64,000 nt of DNA from a virus, in the IMG/VR virus record IMGVR_UViG_3300013094_000027, positions 28,019 through 92,018 of that record; one strand, written 5' to 3'. Of this stretch, positions 40,954 through 50,133 are shown piece by piece. Each line of letters opens with the position of its first letter. Position 1 is the first letter of the stretch. A program made the position numbers and the translations under genes. Below the pieces are notes generated by a model. The model did no database searches. It had not been told where the DNA came from and saw only the letters and a program-made list of their open reading frames with translations.

Positions 40954-41636
40954 AAAATTTCTTGTCTTTGAGTTATTCTAAGATTATGAAAATCAGTTAT
41001 TTCTTGAATAGTCATGTTATAATGATTTCCCCAACCGTTTTCTTTATTAATAGAACTTAATCTTTTTTTAGATTCTTCAAATTTTTTAATCATGTAATCT
41101 AAAGAATAAGGTTTTACATGAAATAGTCTGAAATCTTTTTCAGGATACATTAATAATCCTTCAGGATTGCAATCGTGTGAACCTATAGTATAGTTAATCT
41201 CTTTAATATACTTTGGTGAAAACACACAGGTTTTATCTTCAGGTATATGTCTTACTCCGTATTTTAAATTTGCAAGATCATTATTTTCAATCATATCCCA
41301 ACCTTCACTTTTAACAATAGTTACGTTTGACAAAACATTAGGGTTTATTTCCACCCATTCATCGCAATCTATTATTATTACAAAGTCTGCTTTTGAACCT
41401 TTCCAAACGTTATTTTTAAATTTAATTAAATAATCATCTCTTATTTCATTATTTGTATTAAATGTTCCTACATTACAATCATTTCTTTTTAAAATATCGA
41501 CAGTATTGTCTGTAGAACCGTTATCATAAAAATTAAATATAATACCATGCTCTCTTAATACTTTTTTGTAAAAATCTATTGTGTGTTGTATAATAATTTC
41601 TTCATTATATACAGGGCAAAATAATTCAAATACCAT
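40950..41636 (-). CDS. GT2-like glycosyltransferase (type A, copy 2)
   Basis: FELFCPVYNEE, YDNGSTD, IIDCDEW; clear paralog of 39683-40378. Confidence 0.88.
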   Translation of the reverse strand: MVFELFCPVYNEEIIIQHTIDFYKKVLREHGIIFNFYDNGSTDNTVDILKRNDCNVGTFNTNNEIRDDYLIKFKNNVWKGSKADFVIIIDCDEWVEINPNVLSNVTIVKSEGWDMIENNDLANLKYGVRHIPEDKTCVFSPKYIKEINYTIGSHDCNPEGLLMYPEKDFRLFHVKPYSLDYMIKKFEESKKRLSSINKENGWGNHYNMTIQEITDFHNLRITQRQEIL

Positions 41637-42217
41637 TAGTTTTTTATATTTAATATTATTGGTAATTTATATTGTGTTGTTATCAATCCTGATTTAAAAC
41701 AGTCTTCTACAAACATACCATCCCCACAGTATTCTTCAGGATGATTTATATTTACTTTTCTGGCAATTTCTGTTTTAATAACAAAATTAGACCAGTCTAT
41801 AAAATTAACTTTAGGATACGAATTTAATACAAAATAATTTGCAGAATGATGAATTACATTCCAATATATAAAGTCAATATCATGTTGTAATATAGTATCT
41901 ACTGTAATTGGTACATAATATTCTTGAATAGTTGTTTGGATCACATATTTGGTATCCACTATTTCTAAAGCTTTTTTTCTATTATATGCACCCCATGCAC
42001 CTAAATTGGTATCGTTTTCTATATACTTAATTCTGTCGTCTACAAAACTTTCTACAACCTTTTTTAATTCTGGATTTGGGCCGTCATGCCATATAATTAT
42101 TTTCCAATTAGGATTTGTTTGACAAAGCATCATACCTATAAACATATAGGCTTCCCAATATTCTTTATAACAAATAACAATAAAAGTAACACCGTCTTTT
42201 AATTTTTGTGCATCCAT
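41636..42217 (-). CDS. GT2-like glycosyltransferase (type B, copy 2)
   Basis: QTNPNWKIIIWHDGP, QTTIQEY, IDWSNF; paralog of 40378-40953. Confidence 0.8.
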   Translation of the reverse strand: MDAQKLKDGVTFIVICYKEYWEAYMFIGMMLCQTNPNWKIIIWHDGPNPELKKVVESFVDDRIKYIENDTNLGAWGAYNRKKALEIVDTKYVIQTTIQEYYVPITVDTILQHDIDFIYWNVIHHSANYFVLNSYPKVNFIDWSNFVIKTEIARKVNINHPEEYCGDGMFVEDCFKSGLITTQYKLPIILNIKN

Positions 42218-42888
42218 TTTAAATAATTTTGTTTATATATAGAAAATTCTTCAGTAGCATTTTCTAAAAAATAAAGTTCTTCTTTAGAAAGAGAATTAAA
42301 GTTCGTATACCAAGGAATGTGATTTGATGTAAAATTTCCGGCAACCCTTAAAGCATTATAATTAAAAGGAATGTTGGGATCAAAAACAGCTAACGAAGAA
42401 TCAATCATTCCTTGATATATTTCGTATTTTCTATGTGGTATTTTTTTTATCCAGTATACCTCTTCTATTTGTTTGATAGAAGAAGTCATTTCATTTTTAG
42501 GTAAATCTTTTATATTTATAGATAATCCTACTTTATCAAATTTAAATTCTTTTGAAAGTTTTATTAATGTTTCTACAAATGTTTTTGGAATATTAGGATT
42601 TAATTCTATATCAGATTCAGTATAAACAACATAAGAATGATTTTTTAATTTGTTGATATAACCGCTTTTCCACAAACATTTGTTGCCATAATTTGTATCA
42701 AACATTTCTATTTTAAGATTTGGCTTAGATTTTAAACTCATATACCAATCTAATAGAGGAAGATAAGTGCTTGCATTATCTAATATAATTATATTGTTAT
42801 ATCCAAGATTTGTTAAATCTTTATATAATTTTCTTGTTGTAGATAATCTATTATAATTATTTATTATGATAGGTATGTCTGTAAACAT
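42199..42888 (-). CDS. GT2-like glycosyltransferase
   Basis: IIINNYNR, LDNASTY, YTESD, HIPWY. Confidence 0.8.
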   Translation of the reverse strand: MFTDIPIIINNYNRLSTTRKLYKDLTNLGYNNIIILDNASTYLPLLDWYMSLKSKPNLKIEMFDTNYGNKCLWKSGYINKLKNHSYVVYTESDIELNPNIPKTFVETLIKLSKEFKFDKVGLSINIKDLPKNEMTSSIKQIEEVYWIKKIPHRKYEIYQGMIDSSLAVFDPNIPFNYNALRVAGNFTSNHIPWYTNFNSLSKEELYFLENATEEFSIYKQNYLKWMHKN

Positions 42889-43571
42889 TAATTTGAATTA
42901 TGATTTCTATAAGTTTCTATAATCATTTTAACAAGTTCGTCACGATGGTTGTTTTTTAATTCCACCAGTTTAACTCCAGGTAATTTACTTATTTCTTTAC
43001 AAACAAAATCAAATCCTGATTCACGTTCATGTTTTAAATCACATTGTTCAATATCACCACAAAAAATGATTTTAGCTCCTTTACACAATCTTGTAAGAAT
43101 AAGTTTCATTTGATTGTGTTTTATATTTTGTGCCTCATCTACAACAACAATTGTGCTTTCATAAAAATTATGACCTCTTAAAAAGCCAATAGGTTTTATG
43201 TCTATGCTTCCTTTTTCAAGAAGATTTTTAATGGTTGTATCGTGCTTATATATGTGTTCCATACATTCTGTTAAAGGTGCAATGTATGGTTCTAATTTAG
43301 AATCAATATTTCCCGGTAAAAATCCAAGTTCTTCTTCTGCGGTAATAGTAGCTCTGGTAAGAATTATTTTTTCTATTTCATTATTGAACAACATATCTAA
43401 AGCAGTATTTACTGCAACAGATGTTTTTCCAGAACCAGGCTCTCCTTTTAAAATTGTAATTTTGCTTTCACGAATAACTCTTTTTGCTTCTTTTTGCTCG
43501 TCATCCAATTGAATTTGAAACTTCACTGGATTTTTAAGTTTTCTTTTTGATGAACTTTGATTTTCTTCCAT
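42888..43571 (-). CDS. phoH: PhoH-family ATPase
   Basis: GEPGSGKT, LGFLPG, FLRG, DEAQN, LTRL, GDIEQCD. Confidence 0.95.
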   Translation of the reverse strand: MEENQSSSKRKLKNPVKFQIQLDDEQKEAKRVIRESKITILKGEPGSGKTSVAVNTALDMLFNNEIEKIILTRATITAEEELGFLPGNIDSKLEPYIAPLTECMEHIYKHDTTIKNLLEKGSIDIKPIGFLRGHNFYESTIVVVDEAQNIKHNQMKLILTRLCKGAKIIFCGDIEQCDLKHERESGFDFVCKEISKLPGVKLVELKNNHRDELVKMIIETYRNHNSN

Positions 43572-43572
43572 T

Positions 43573-44076
43573 TTAGTTTTTATTAGTTAAATGATATAAT
43601 ATTGGGTATTTTGTTCCTAATCTTATAAATCCTTTTGGATAAAAATTATCTCCTTCATAATTCATTTCTTTAATTACATGAGGATCAAAAATACAAAATT
43701 TATCTTTATTGTGATTTCTTTTTTCTAAATTTAAATTCTGTATACTATCTATATCGTATCCTTTTGTACACACAATAGAACAGTTAACAAAGATTTTAAA
43801 ATCAACATCTATAAATTCATTTACATCACAAAGTATTACACAATCACATCCTGTATTTTTCCAACATTCGTTTTTCCATTGATCTTTAGTAAGATATAAA
43901 TCATTAAAATTCTTAATATTACAATTATTTTTAATAGCAATATCTTTTGTTTGATCTGTAGAGTTTATATCCCATATATAAAACCTTACATCAGGAATTC
44001 TTTTTTTATAAAATTCTATAAAAAAAGGAAGTATTGCTTCGTCATTACAAGTTGTTGTAAATACAGATATGTTCAT
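43573..44076 (-). CDS. Divergent, shortened GT2-like protein (type A, copy 3)
   Basis: NDEAILPFFIEFY, WDINSTD, LCDVNEF. Confidence 0.7.
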   Translation of the reverse strand: MNISVFTTTCNDEAILPFFIEFYKKRIPDVRFYIWDINSTDQTKDIAIKNNCNIKNFNDLYLTKDQWKNECWKNTGCDCVILCDVNEFIDVDFKIFVNCSIVCTKGYDIDSIQNLNLEKRNHNKDKFCIFDPHVIKEMNYEGDNFYPKGFIRLGTKYPILYHLTNKN

Positions 44077-44450
44077 TAAGAAATAATATAATCAGTTATT
44101 TTTGTTAAAAACGAATTTGCTTCAGAAATTTTTTCAAAATAAACTACTATTGAAATATTAGTTCCACTAATAGGAATTATTACAGAATATACTTGTTTTT
44201 TAGAATCTTCTCCTATCATATATTCTGAAGAAAGAGATGCACCAACTAAAGATTCTTTTTTATAAATATCTTTATCTGCAGCACGGTATTGAATATGCTC
44301 TGGTTCACCATCATTAATCACAATGATTTGTTCTACGTCATAATCATGACAATATACTAATTTGTGATCATGCAATTCTATGTAACATTTTTTTATGTTC
44401 TTTGCATTTTCTCCCGGAATCTCAATTATTTTAATATCTATTTTTTCCAT
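44076..44450 (-). CDS. Hypothetical protein
   Basis: 124 aa, operonic packing. Confidence 0.6.
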   Translation of the reverse strand: MEKIDIKIIEIPGENAKNIKKCYIELHDHKLVYCHDYDVEQIIVINDGEPEHIQYRAADKDIYKKESLVGASLSSEYMIGEDSKKQVYSVIIPISGTNISIVVYFEKISEANSFLTKITDYIIS

Positions 44451-44461
44451 ATATTTTTTGT

Positions 44462-44974
44462 TTAAACTATTGTGTTATGTCTTCCACCTCTTACTTGTAA
44501 GTTTATTTCTTCCATAAAGGCTTTATATCCTTCATTATATGCTTTTTCAAGGTTAGGCAGATCTTTTAAAGTATCTCTGTAATCTTTATTATTACCGTCT
44601 TTACCAGAGTAAACTTTATTGTTATCTAAGTAATCTTTAATGTTATCTAATGCTTTTTTTCCACTTAACCATAATCTGTAAGCAGGTAATTCAAACAACT
44701 TTTTACATTTAGTTAATGCTTCCTGAATTAAATCATCTTCTGTTGAAAAGTCTGAATTAATGTCATTTAAAATTGTATCTTCACGATCTGCTTCTTTTAT
44801 TGCTAAATACGGATTATCATCAGGATTCCAAGAACACATGTATTGTAAATAAGCAAATATTTTACAATAGTTATCTGGATAATTATCTATAATTGTTTTT
44901 AACCACTCAATTGTATAACAATGAGGTGTTGGTGTTACAGTATCGTTTTGAATGTCAAATAACTTTATATACAT
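44462..44974 (-). CDS. Conserved crAss-like protein, candidate terminase small subunit
   Basis: KLFDI start, helical body, C-terminal VRGG; upstream of TerL. Function is inference. Confidence 0.5.
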   Translation of the reverse strand: MYIKLFDIQNDTVTPTPHCYTIEWLKTIIDNYPDNYCKIFAYLQYMCSWNPDDNPYLAIKEADREDTILNDINSDFSTEDDLIQEALTKCKKLFELPAYRLWLSGKKALDNIKDYLDNNKVYSGKDGNNKDYRDTLKDLPNLEKAYNEGYKAFMEEINLQVRGGRHNTIV

Positions 44975-44975
44975 A

Positions 44976-45194
44976 TTATTCTTTTATTGTTTTTAAAACA
45001 ATTTTGTCTTTTACATAAGTATAGAAAATTACTTCATCAATTTTAAAAAGTAATCCTTGATGAATTGTTTTCTTTCCTAAGAAATGTTCTTTTAATTTTT
45101 GCGGATTATAGTCAAGCATGTTTTCTTTAAGATCTATTGTCCAATAGTCAAAACTATCTTGAATTGCCACTTGTTCTACGTTAATGTCCAACAT
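44976..45194 (-). CDS. Hypothetical protein
   Basis: 72 aa, operonic packing. Confidence 0.55.
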   Translation of the reverse strand: MLDINVEQVAIQDSFDYWTIDLKENMLDYNPQKLKEHFLGKKTIHQGLLFKIDEVIFYTYVKDKIVLKTIKE

Positions 45195-45195
45195 T

Positions 45196-46269
45196 TTAAT
45201 TTGTTATTAAGTGTTTAAAAATTTGATACCTACTTAAAGCCCATGTTCTTAATTCATATTTTTCACGAACTTTTTCTGCTAATTGTTTGCCCAAAGTTAC
45301 ACATTCTTTTGGATTTTTTATACAAAATTTTATATTTTCTATCCAATTTTCCCACATAATTCCGGGATAATCTTTTAGTTCTGAATACGGCAATACGTTT
45401 GAAACAATACAAGGTAATTCTCTTGTAGCTGCTTCAATAATTTTTAATTCAGATTTATATTGATTGAATTCGTTTTTAACAAGCGGGATTAATACAACAT
45501 CTGCAACATCATAGAAAGTCATATGTTGTTGTAAAGGTCTTGTATTTAGTATTTCAAAAGATTTTGTTTTTGCAAAAATAGAAGCCATTTTATCCCATTC
45601 ACAATGTTTGTTTGGTAAAGGATCAAATCCTGCTAAAACAAAAGTGGCGTTATTTGTTATTGATTGATCACCGCCAATACGTTGAAATTTATTAGCAAGT
45701 AGTCTTACATCAGGAAAATGGGTTGATCCACACGCATAAAGAAAACGCATTTTTCTATTTGGATCTGGAAGCATTATGTGTTCTTTTCTAAAGTATTGTT
45801 CTTCAAAAGGAACTGCATTAGGGATTACAATACAGTTTTTATTTATAGTTAAAACTTTTTTTCTTAAAATTTCTGTTGTGACTAAAACAAGGTCTGCTAT
45901 TTTAATATTATCCTCTATTTTTTTAGCAAAGTCTCCTAAAGCCCATATTTTACTCATTGGATGCAAAGTATTTAATTCCCAATAGTCATCCAAATCAATT
46001 ACGATTTTAGTTCCTTTTTCTTTTTGTTCTTTGATCCATTGTGCATCTTTATTAGGAACATCTCTATTAAAGAAAATTATATCAGGTTCAAATTCAGGTA
46101 TTTCTGAAACAAACCCTGTTAAGTTATTTGATTGTGCCAGTTTCATGTCATCAGGAAAAAACAATTTAAATTTATCTTTGTTTTGTTCCCAAGGCATATA
46201 TTCAACAGGAAGAACACATCTGTAATAACAACATCCGTTATTTGGTTTAACTATTACTGCTACTTTCAT
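45196..46269 (-). CDS. Glycosyltransferase, GT-B (GT4-like)
   Basis: GCCYYR, IDLDDYW, PNAV, FNQYKSELKIIEA...PCIVS. Confidence 0.88.
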   Translation of the reverse strand: MKVAVIVKPNNGCCYYRCVLPVEYMPWEQNKDKFKLFFPDDMKLAQSNNLTGFVSEIPEFEPDIIFFNRDVPNKDAQWIKEQKEKGTKIVIDLDDYWELNTLHPMSKIWALGDFAKKIEDNIKIADLVLVTTEILRKKVLTINKNCIVIPNAVPFEEQYFRKEHIMLPDPNRKMRFLYACGSTHFPDVRLLANKFQRIGGDQSITNNATFVLAGFDPLPNKHCEWDKMASIFAKTKSFEILNTRPLQQHMTFYDVADVVLIPLVKNEFNQYKSELKIIEAATRELPCIVSNVLPYSELKDYPGIMWENWIENIKFCIKNPKECVTLGKQLAEKVREKYELRTWALSRYQIFKHLITN

Positions 46270-47072
46270 TTAATGGTTTTAAGATATTTTAATATTGCTA
46301 TTACTTCGTCTTTTAAATAAGGTAATTCATAAAGATCTATTTTTTCTACAATAGGTTCATTATTTGAATCTCTATCATAAATAGGGTATCCATTTTGATC
46401 ATAATCTATAATCTTAAAAATAACATGTTGAATTGTTAATCCACCAAATTTTAAATTAGGATTATGTTTTAAAATAATATACATGTATATACTTAGCTGT
46501 ATATTATAATGATTCAATTTATGATCATCCATGTGATTTAAAGGGGCGAGTAATTTTTTTGTTATTCCTTGCCAATTAGTATATGCTTCTGTTGTAAGAT
46601 TAGCATTCGTTTTAAAATCTAAAATAAATACTTTATTCTTACGTACTTCTACTAAATCTGATTGACCACAAATACCAGCACTTTTTAAATAAACAAGATG
46701 CTCAGGATAAATAGTATTGTTTTGTAATTTTTGATCAGGAGCATGTTTTTCAAAATCTTTAATTATAGGTCGTACTATATTACAAATATCTCCTTCTCTT
46801 TCTATTGAGTTTAAATTACAAATTTGATCTTCTCTTTGTTTATGATACCAATTACCTAAAGTAATAGAATCCTTATTTACTTGTTGCCAAATGGTTTTTA
46901 TTTCTTCAGGTGTTTTACCATACCATTTAGATTTTTTATTTTTTGAAGCTTTTAAAGCAGCACTTTCTGCATCGAAAGGTTCTTCAAATAATTTGCAAAC
47001 AGACGTTACGGAAATCCATTTTGTGTTATCTTCTGAAGAATATTTATGATCTTCTTCTGTAAATTTTACCAT
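46266..47072 (-). CDS. PD-(D/E)XK nuclease (likely start MVKFTE)
   Basis: SVTS, GQSD, ILDFKT, YNIQLSIY motifs. Confidence 0.85.
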   Translation of the reverse strand: MVKFTEEDHKYSSEDNTKWISVTSVCKLFEEPFDAESAALKASKNKKSKWYGKTPEEIKTIWQQVNKDSITLGNWYHKQREDQICNLNSIEREGDICNIVRPIIKDFEKHAPDQKLQNNTIYPEHLVYLKSAGICGQSDLVEVRKNKVFILDFKTNANLTTEAYTNWQGITKKLLAPLNHMDDHKLNHYNIQLSIYMYIILKHNPNLKFGGLTIQHVIFKIIDYDQNGYPIYDRDSNNEPIVEKIDLYELPYLKDEVIAILKYLKTIK

Positions 47073-47347
47073 AAAGGTTGTTTGTTTAAAGTAATTAAAG
47101 AACATTTGCAATCTTTACAAGAAGTCATTGTTTTACTTAAACACCCACAAACACCACAAGATTCTTTTCCAGGTATAAAGGCATTTATTGACTCTCCTTT
47201 AGGATCATAATAACCACATTTGTTTGTTCTACAAATAGCAAGCCTTTCTTTAGACAACTTTTTTATTTCTTTAGAACCAAAAAAGTAATTATAAACACCT
47301 TCTGCAATTTCTTTACGATTGTTCCAAAGTTCCGTTATTCTCTTCAT
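47066..47347 (-). CDS. Small Cys-rich (Zn-binding) protein
   Basis: RLAICRTNKC, CGVCGC, CKDCKC. Confidence 0.7.
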   Translation of the reverse strand: MKRITELWNNRKEIAEGVYNYFFGSKEIKKLSKERLAICRTNKCGYYDPKGESINAFIPGKESCGVCGCLSKTMTSCKDCKCSLITLNKQPLW

Positions 47348-47717
47348 AATATCCTCGTTTTTTAATATAAAATTCTTTTCTTCGTTCTCTATCTTTTTTA
47401 TAGAGATCTTGTATTTTGTTAACTCTTTCTAATTCTGAACTAACACCGTCAATAATCCTTTCTTTTCTATAACTATCTTCTTTCTTTTCCAGATGCCTTA
47501 GAATTTGTTCATACGTAGTTTTTTGATCTTTTAAAGTACGTTCTTTTACATAGAATGAACCAAAATTATCAATCTCTATTTTCTTATGCCGAAGATTTGA
47601 AAGATTTTCTCTAATATACTTATAAAAGTAAGTAATCACTTTATCACAATCTTTTTCAGAAAATTGTGTTTCTTTTGCAACTTCTTTTATAAGAGTCTTT
47701 GCTTTAATTGGGGTCAA
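47313..47717 (-). CDS. IHF/HU-like DNA-binding protein
   Basis: LIKEVAKET...KIEIDNFGSFYVK. Confidence 0.75.
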   Translation of the reverse strand: MTPIKAKTLIKEVAKETQFSEKDCDKVITYFYKYIRENLSNLRHKKIEIDNFGSFYVKERTLKDQKTTYEQILRHLEKKEDSYRKERIIDGVSSELERVNKIQDLYKKDRERRKEFYIKKRGYYEENNGTLEQS

Positions 47718-48135
47718 TGCACAAAAATTGATAGTTAATTAAAACATTATTATCAGGGTAAATTTCTATTTCAGGATTAATTAAAACACTAAGATTACTT
47801 TTGTTTTTACCTTCTCTTTTAATAAGTTGTAATTCATACAATTTATCTACAGCATTTCTTGCACTTTGTAAAGAGTTAAAAATATGTTCAAAAGCTTTAG
47901 TTTCTCCTTTGTGTTTTTTTATTTTTACTCCGGCACTGGAATTTGTATTAACAAGAAGTTCACAAAATTTAGTAAGTTTTGTTTTACCAACAATAGACAA
48001 CAAAACCAATAAATCTAAATCAGCATTGGTGATTTGAATATTTCTTAAAAAGCACCAAGTAATCATTTGGAATTTAACTGAATTCCATCTAGATATTCTT
48101 TGACGTAAAGGTATTTGTTTAACTACTGCTTTCAT
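47704..48135 (-). CDS. Putative winged-helix protein
   Basis: SARNAVDKLYELQLI...INP pattern. Confidence 0.5.
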   Translation of the reverse strand: MKAVVKQIPLRQRISRWNSVKFQMITWCFLRNIQITNADLDLLVLLSIVGKTKLTKFCELLVNTNSSAGVKIKKHKGETKAFEHIFNSLQSARNAVDKLYELQLIKREGKNKSNLSVLINPEIEIYPDNNVLINYQFLCIDPN

Positions 48136-48350
48136 TAATCTTGGTTTTTTAAATTTTCTTTAGAATCAGATTGTTCTTTAGAATACATTTCTTCTAATTT
48201 AGAAATTGCCATTGCTTCATTGGCTTTGGCAAGAAACATTTTTGTTCTAAGTTCTTGCAATTCTGTTTGCAAACTTTGTAACTCAATAGCCTCCTTTAAA
48301 TTAGCTATAATTTCTTGACGAGTAAAAGTCTTTTGTTCTGTTTGTTCCAT
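48135..48350 (-). CDS. Small coiled-coil protein
   Basis: 71 aa, heptad-like. Confidence 0.6.
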   Translation of the reverse strand: MEQTEQKTFTRQEIIANLKEAIELQSLQTELQELRTKMFLAKANEAMAISKLEEMYSKEQSDSKENLKNQD

Positions 48351-48394
48351 TTTACAAATATTGGTTTTTAAAACTTTCTTTAATCTTATAATAC

Positions 48395-48424
48395 AATATA
48401 CTAAATTAGTTTAAACAATCCAAG
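48395..48424 (-). promoter_or_regulatory. Candidate promoter CTTG-N19-GTATATT
   Basis: Recurring late motif upstream of 48350. Confidence 0.5.
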
Positions 48425-48455
48425 AAAAATGTTATTGTTAACATAAACATAACAT

Positions 48456-48821
48456 TTATAATTGTGCATAAATTTTCTCAGTAATAAAAGAAGTAAGATA
48501 ACAATATGCTTCATCAGATCCACAATTATTAGAAATCTTCATTCCTACTTCTCTAAGAACAGAAATAACAATATGGCAAATTTCATGAGAAAGTGCCGAA
48601 ATATGTCGTGCATCTTTTTTCCAACTTCGCATTCTTATAAGTCCTACATTATTATTCCATAATACATATTTTGCATAAGCTTTTTCGCAAAGCACGGCAT
48701 GTTGTAAATTAGCAACCCTAAACTTTTTAAGATACCTAAAAAGACATTCATCAGTTTCATTAACAGAAACAACTATAGTAAAAGGATAAATACCAAGATC
48801 AAAATAAAAGTGTTTAGACAT
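48456..48821 (-). CDS. Small HExxH (zincin-like) protein
   Basis: SHEICH and DEAYCYLTSFITEKIY. Confidence 0.65.
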   Translation of the reverse strand: MSKHFYFDLGIYPFTIVVSVNETDECLFRYLKKFRVANLQHAVLCEKAYAKYVLWNNNVGLIRMRSWKKDARHISALSHEICHIVISVLREVGMKISNNCGSDEAYCYLTSFITEKIYAQL

Positions 48822-48836
48822 AAATAATATTTTTTA

Positions 48837-48868
48837 CAAAGATACAGAAAATTTTTATTTTTTGTAAA
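48837..48868 (-). promoter_or_regulatory. Bacteroidota-type promoter (-7 TATCTTTG)
   Basis: TTTA ... GTATCTTTG upstream of 48821. Confidence 0.55.
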
Positions 48869-48970
48869 TTTTTTTTGATGTGATTGAGGGTGGTGAGTGT
48901 AGCCATCAGTTCTACGCCCCATCGAAATTATTGGGGAATAACCCCCTATAACAAATTAAATCCAAAAAAA

Positions 48971-49246
48971 ATGGAATTGAAATTAACAGAAACCGCAAAT
49001 GGCGGTTGTACTTGCATCGCTGAATTGGACGGTGTAAAAACTCGTTGCTTCTTCAGGACATCCGACCCAGCAAAGGTTAAGGCGGCAATCATGTCGGGAC
49101 AATACACTGTCTCTCCATGTACGTATGAACCAGACCTCAACAACGATGTTGAGGAAGTACGCAACTATTCTCGTGTCATCAACGTTAACGTTGACGAAAC
49201 GAAGGTCAAGGCTACACGCATTGAGCGTGAAATTGCTGCAATGTAA
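48971..49246 (+). CDS. First plus-strand gene, hypothetical (likely start MELKLT)
   Basis: A-rich leader before ATG, visibly GC-richer codons than the rest of the window, strong terminator after it. Confidence 0.7.
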   Translation: MELKLTETANGGCTCIAELDGVKTRCFFRTSDPAKVKAAIMSGQYTVSPCTYEPDLNNDVEEVRNYSRVINVNVDETKVKATRIEREIAAM

Positions 49247-49254
49247 TTATGATG

Positions 49255-49289
49255 ACAAGGGGCTGCTACGGCAGCCCTCTTGTTATTTT
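49255..49289 (+). terminator. Intrinsic terminator
   Basis: acaaggggctgc-tacg-gcagccctcttgt followed by tatttt. Confidence 0.85.
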
Positions 49290-49290
49290 A

Positions 49291-49306
49291 GGGTGGGTGG
49301 GTAGGG
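49291..49306 (+). other. G-quadruplex-forming motif
   Basis: GGGTGGGTGGGTAGGG. Confidence 0.7.
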
Positions 49307-49448
49307 TGTACAATACACAAACCATTCTTGTTTCTCTTATGTTCTCTTATGTTCTTAAGAAGATATTAGTTGCCTTTGAGTAATAAAAAAATCTTCTTTT
49401 GGATGTTGTTATATAATATATAGGTGTAGATCTTTAAAAAGAAATTAT

Positions 49449-49622
49449 ATGATTAATCTTGTTTGCATCCTATTTATTGCAATCTTTGCAATAATAGTTT
49501 TAAATGTCAATATAAACAAAAAGAACATTATTTTTATCTTTTTGTTTGTCTTATTTATGATTGTGTTCATTCTGTTCTTAAGTAACAGATTTGAATGCGA
49601 TGATCTTATTTGTGTTATATAA
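49449..49622 (+). CDS. 57-aa two-TM membrane protein (not in ORF track)
   Basis: MINLVCILFIAIFAIIVLNVNINKKNIIFIFLFVLFMIVFILFLSNRFECDDLICVI. Confidence 0.45.
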   Translation: MINLVCILFIAIFAIIVLNVNINKKNIIFIFLFVLFMIVFILFLSNRFECDDLICVI

Positions 49623-49638
49623 CAATTTTAACACAAAT

Positions 49639-49740
49639 GTTAAAGGTTTTAACAGTATTTGCATGATTTTGTAAATTTCCCTCTTAGGAGATTTTAAATT
49701 TTACAAGGCAAAACACATAAAAACTGTTAAATTCTTTAAC
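49639..49740. repeat. Long imperfect inverted repeat
   Basis: gttaaaggttttaacagt ... actgttaaattctttaac with inner ttgtaaa/tttacaa. Confidence 0.6.
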
Positions 49741-49989
49741 AAATAGAGAATTCATTTTAACATTTGGCATTAGATTAGAGTTATTTTTAAATCTAATTTG
49801 TATCCACACAGATGCAAAATAGTTTCTAACTCTTCTAAAGAGATTGATTTGGTATTACTCAACATATAACAGATCTTTCTTCTGCTGCAATGCATTTTGT
49901 TTGCTAACTCTTCTTGAGTAAAATGTTCTTTAATAAGATCTTTTAAACAGAATGTGCAAATTTTCTCGGAAAAAAATGAAATTTGTGCT

Positions 49990-49997
49990 ATATTTGT
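49990..49997 (+). promoter_or_regulatory. Bacteroidota -7 element TATATTTG
   Basis: TAnnTTTG in the non-coding region ahead of the plus-strand genes; no clear -33 element. Confidence 0.45.
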
Positions 49998-50058
49998 GAA
50001 CTATTAGTTCACATACAATATCCAAACAATCTTTTAAACAACAAAAAAACTGTATTTT

Positions 50059-50133
50059 ATGTATACATTACTTGCGATAATCTTTTTGATAGTCTGGTAT
50101 TTCTATAATGAGGTGCATGATGTTCATAACTAA
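50059..50133 (+). CDS. 24-aa hydrophobic peptide
   Basis: MYTLLAIIFLIVWYFYNEVHDVHN after an A-rich leader. Confidence 0.4.
   Translation: MYTLLAIIFLIVWYFYNEVHDVHN

Noticed and set aside
484-48662. Short plus-strand ORFs within the late arm (e.g. 3120-3524, 8719-9030, 20321-20605, 43198-43512)
   Set aside because: Wholly antisense to well-supported genes and lacking recognisable motifs
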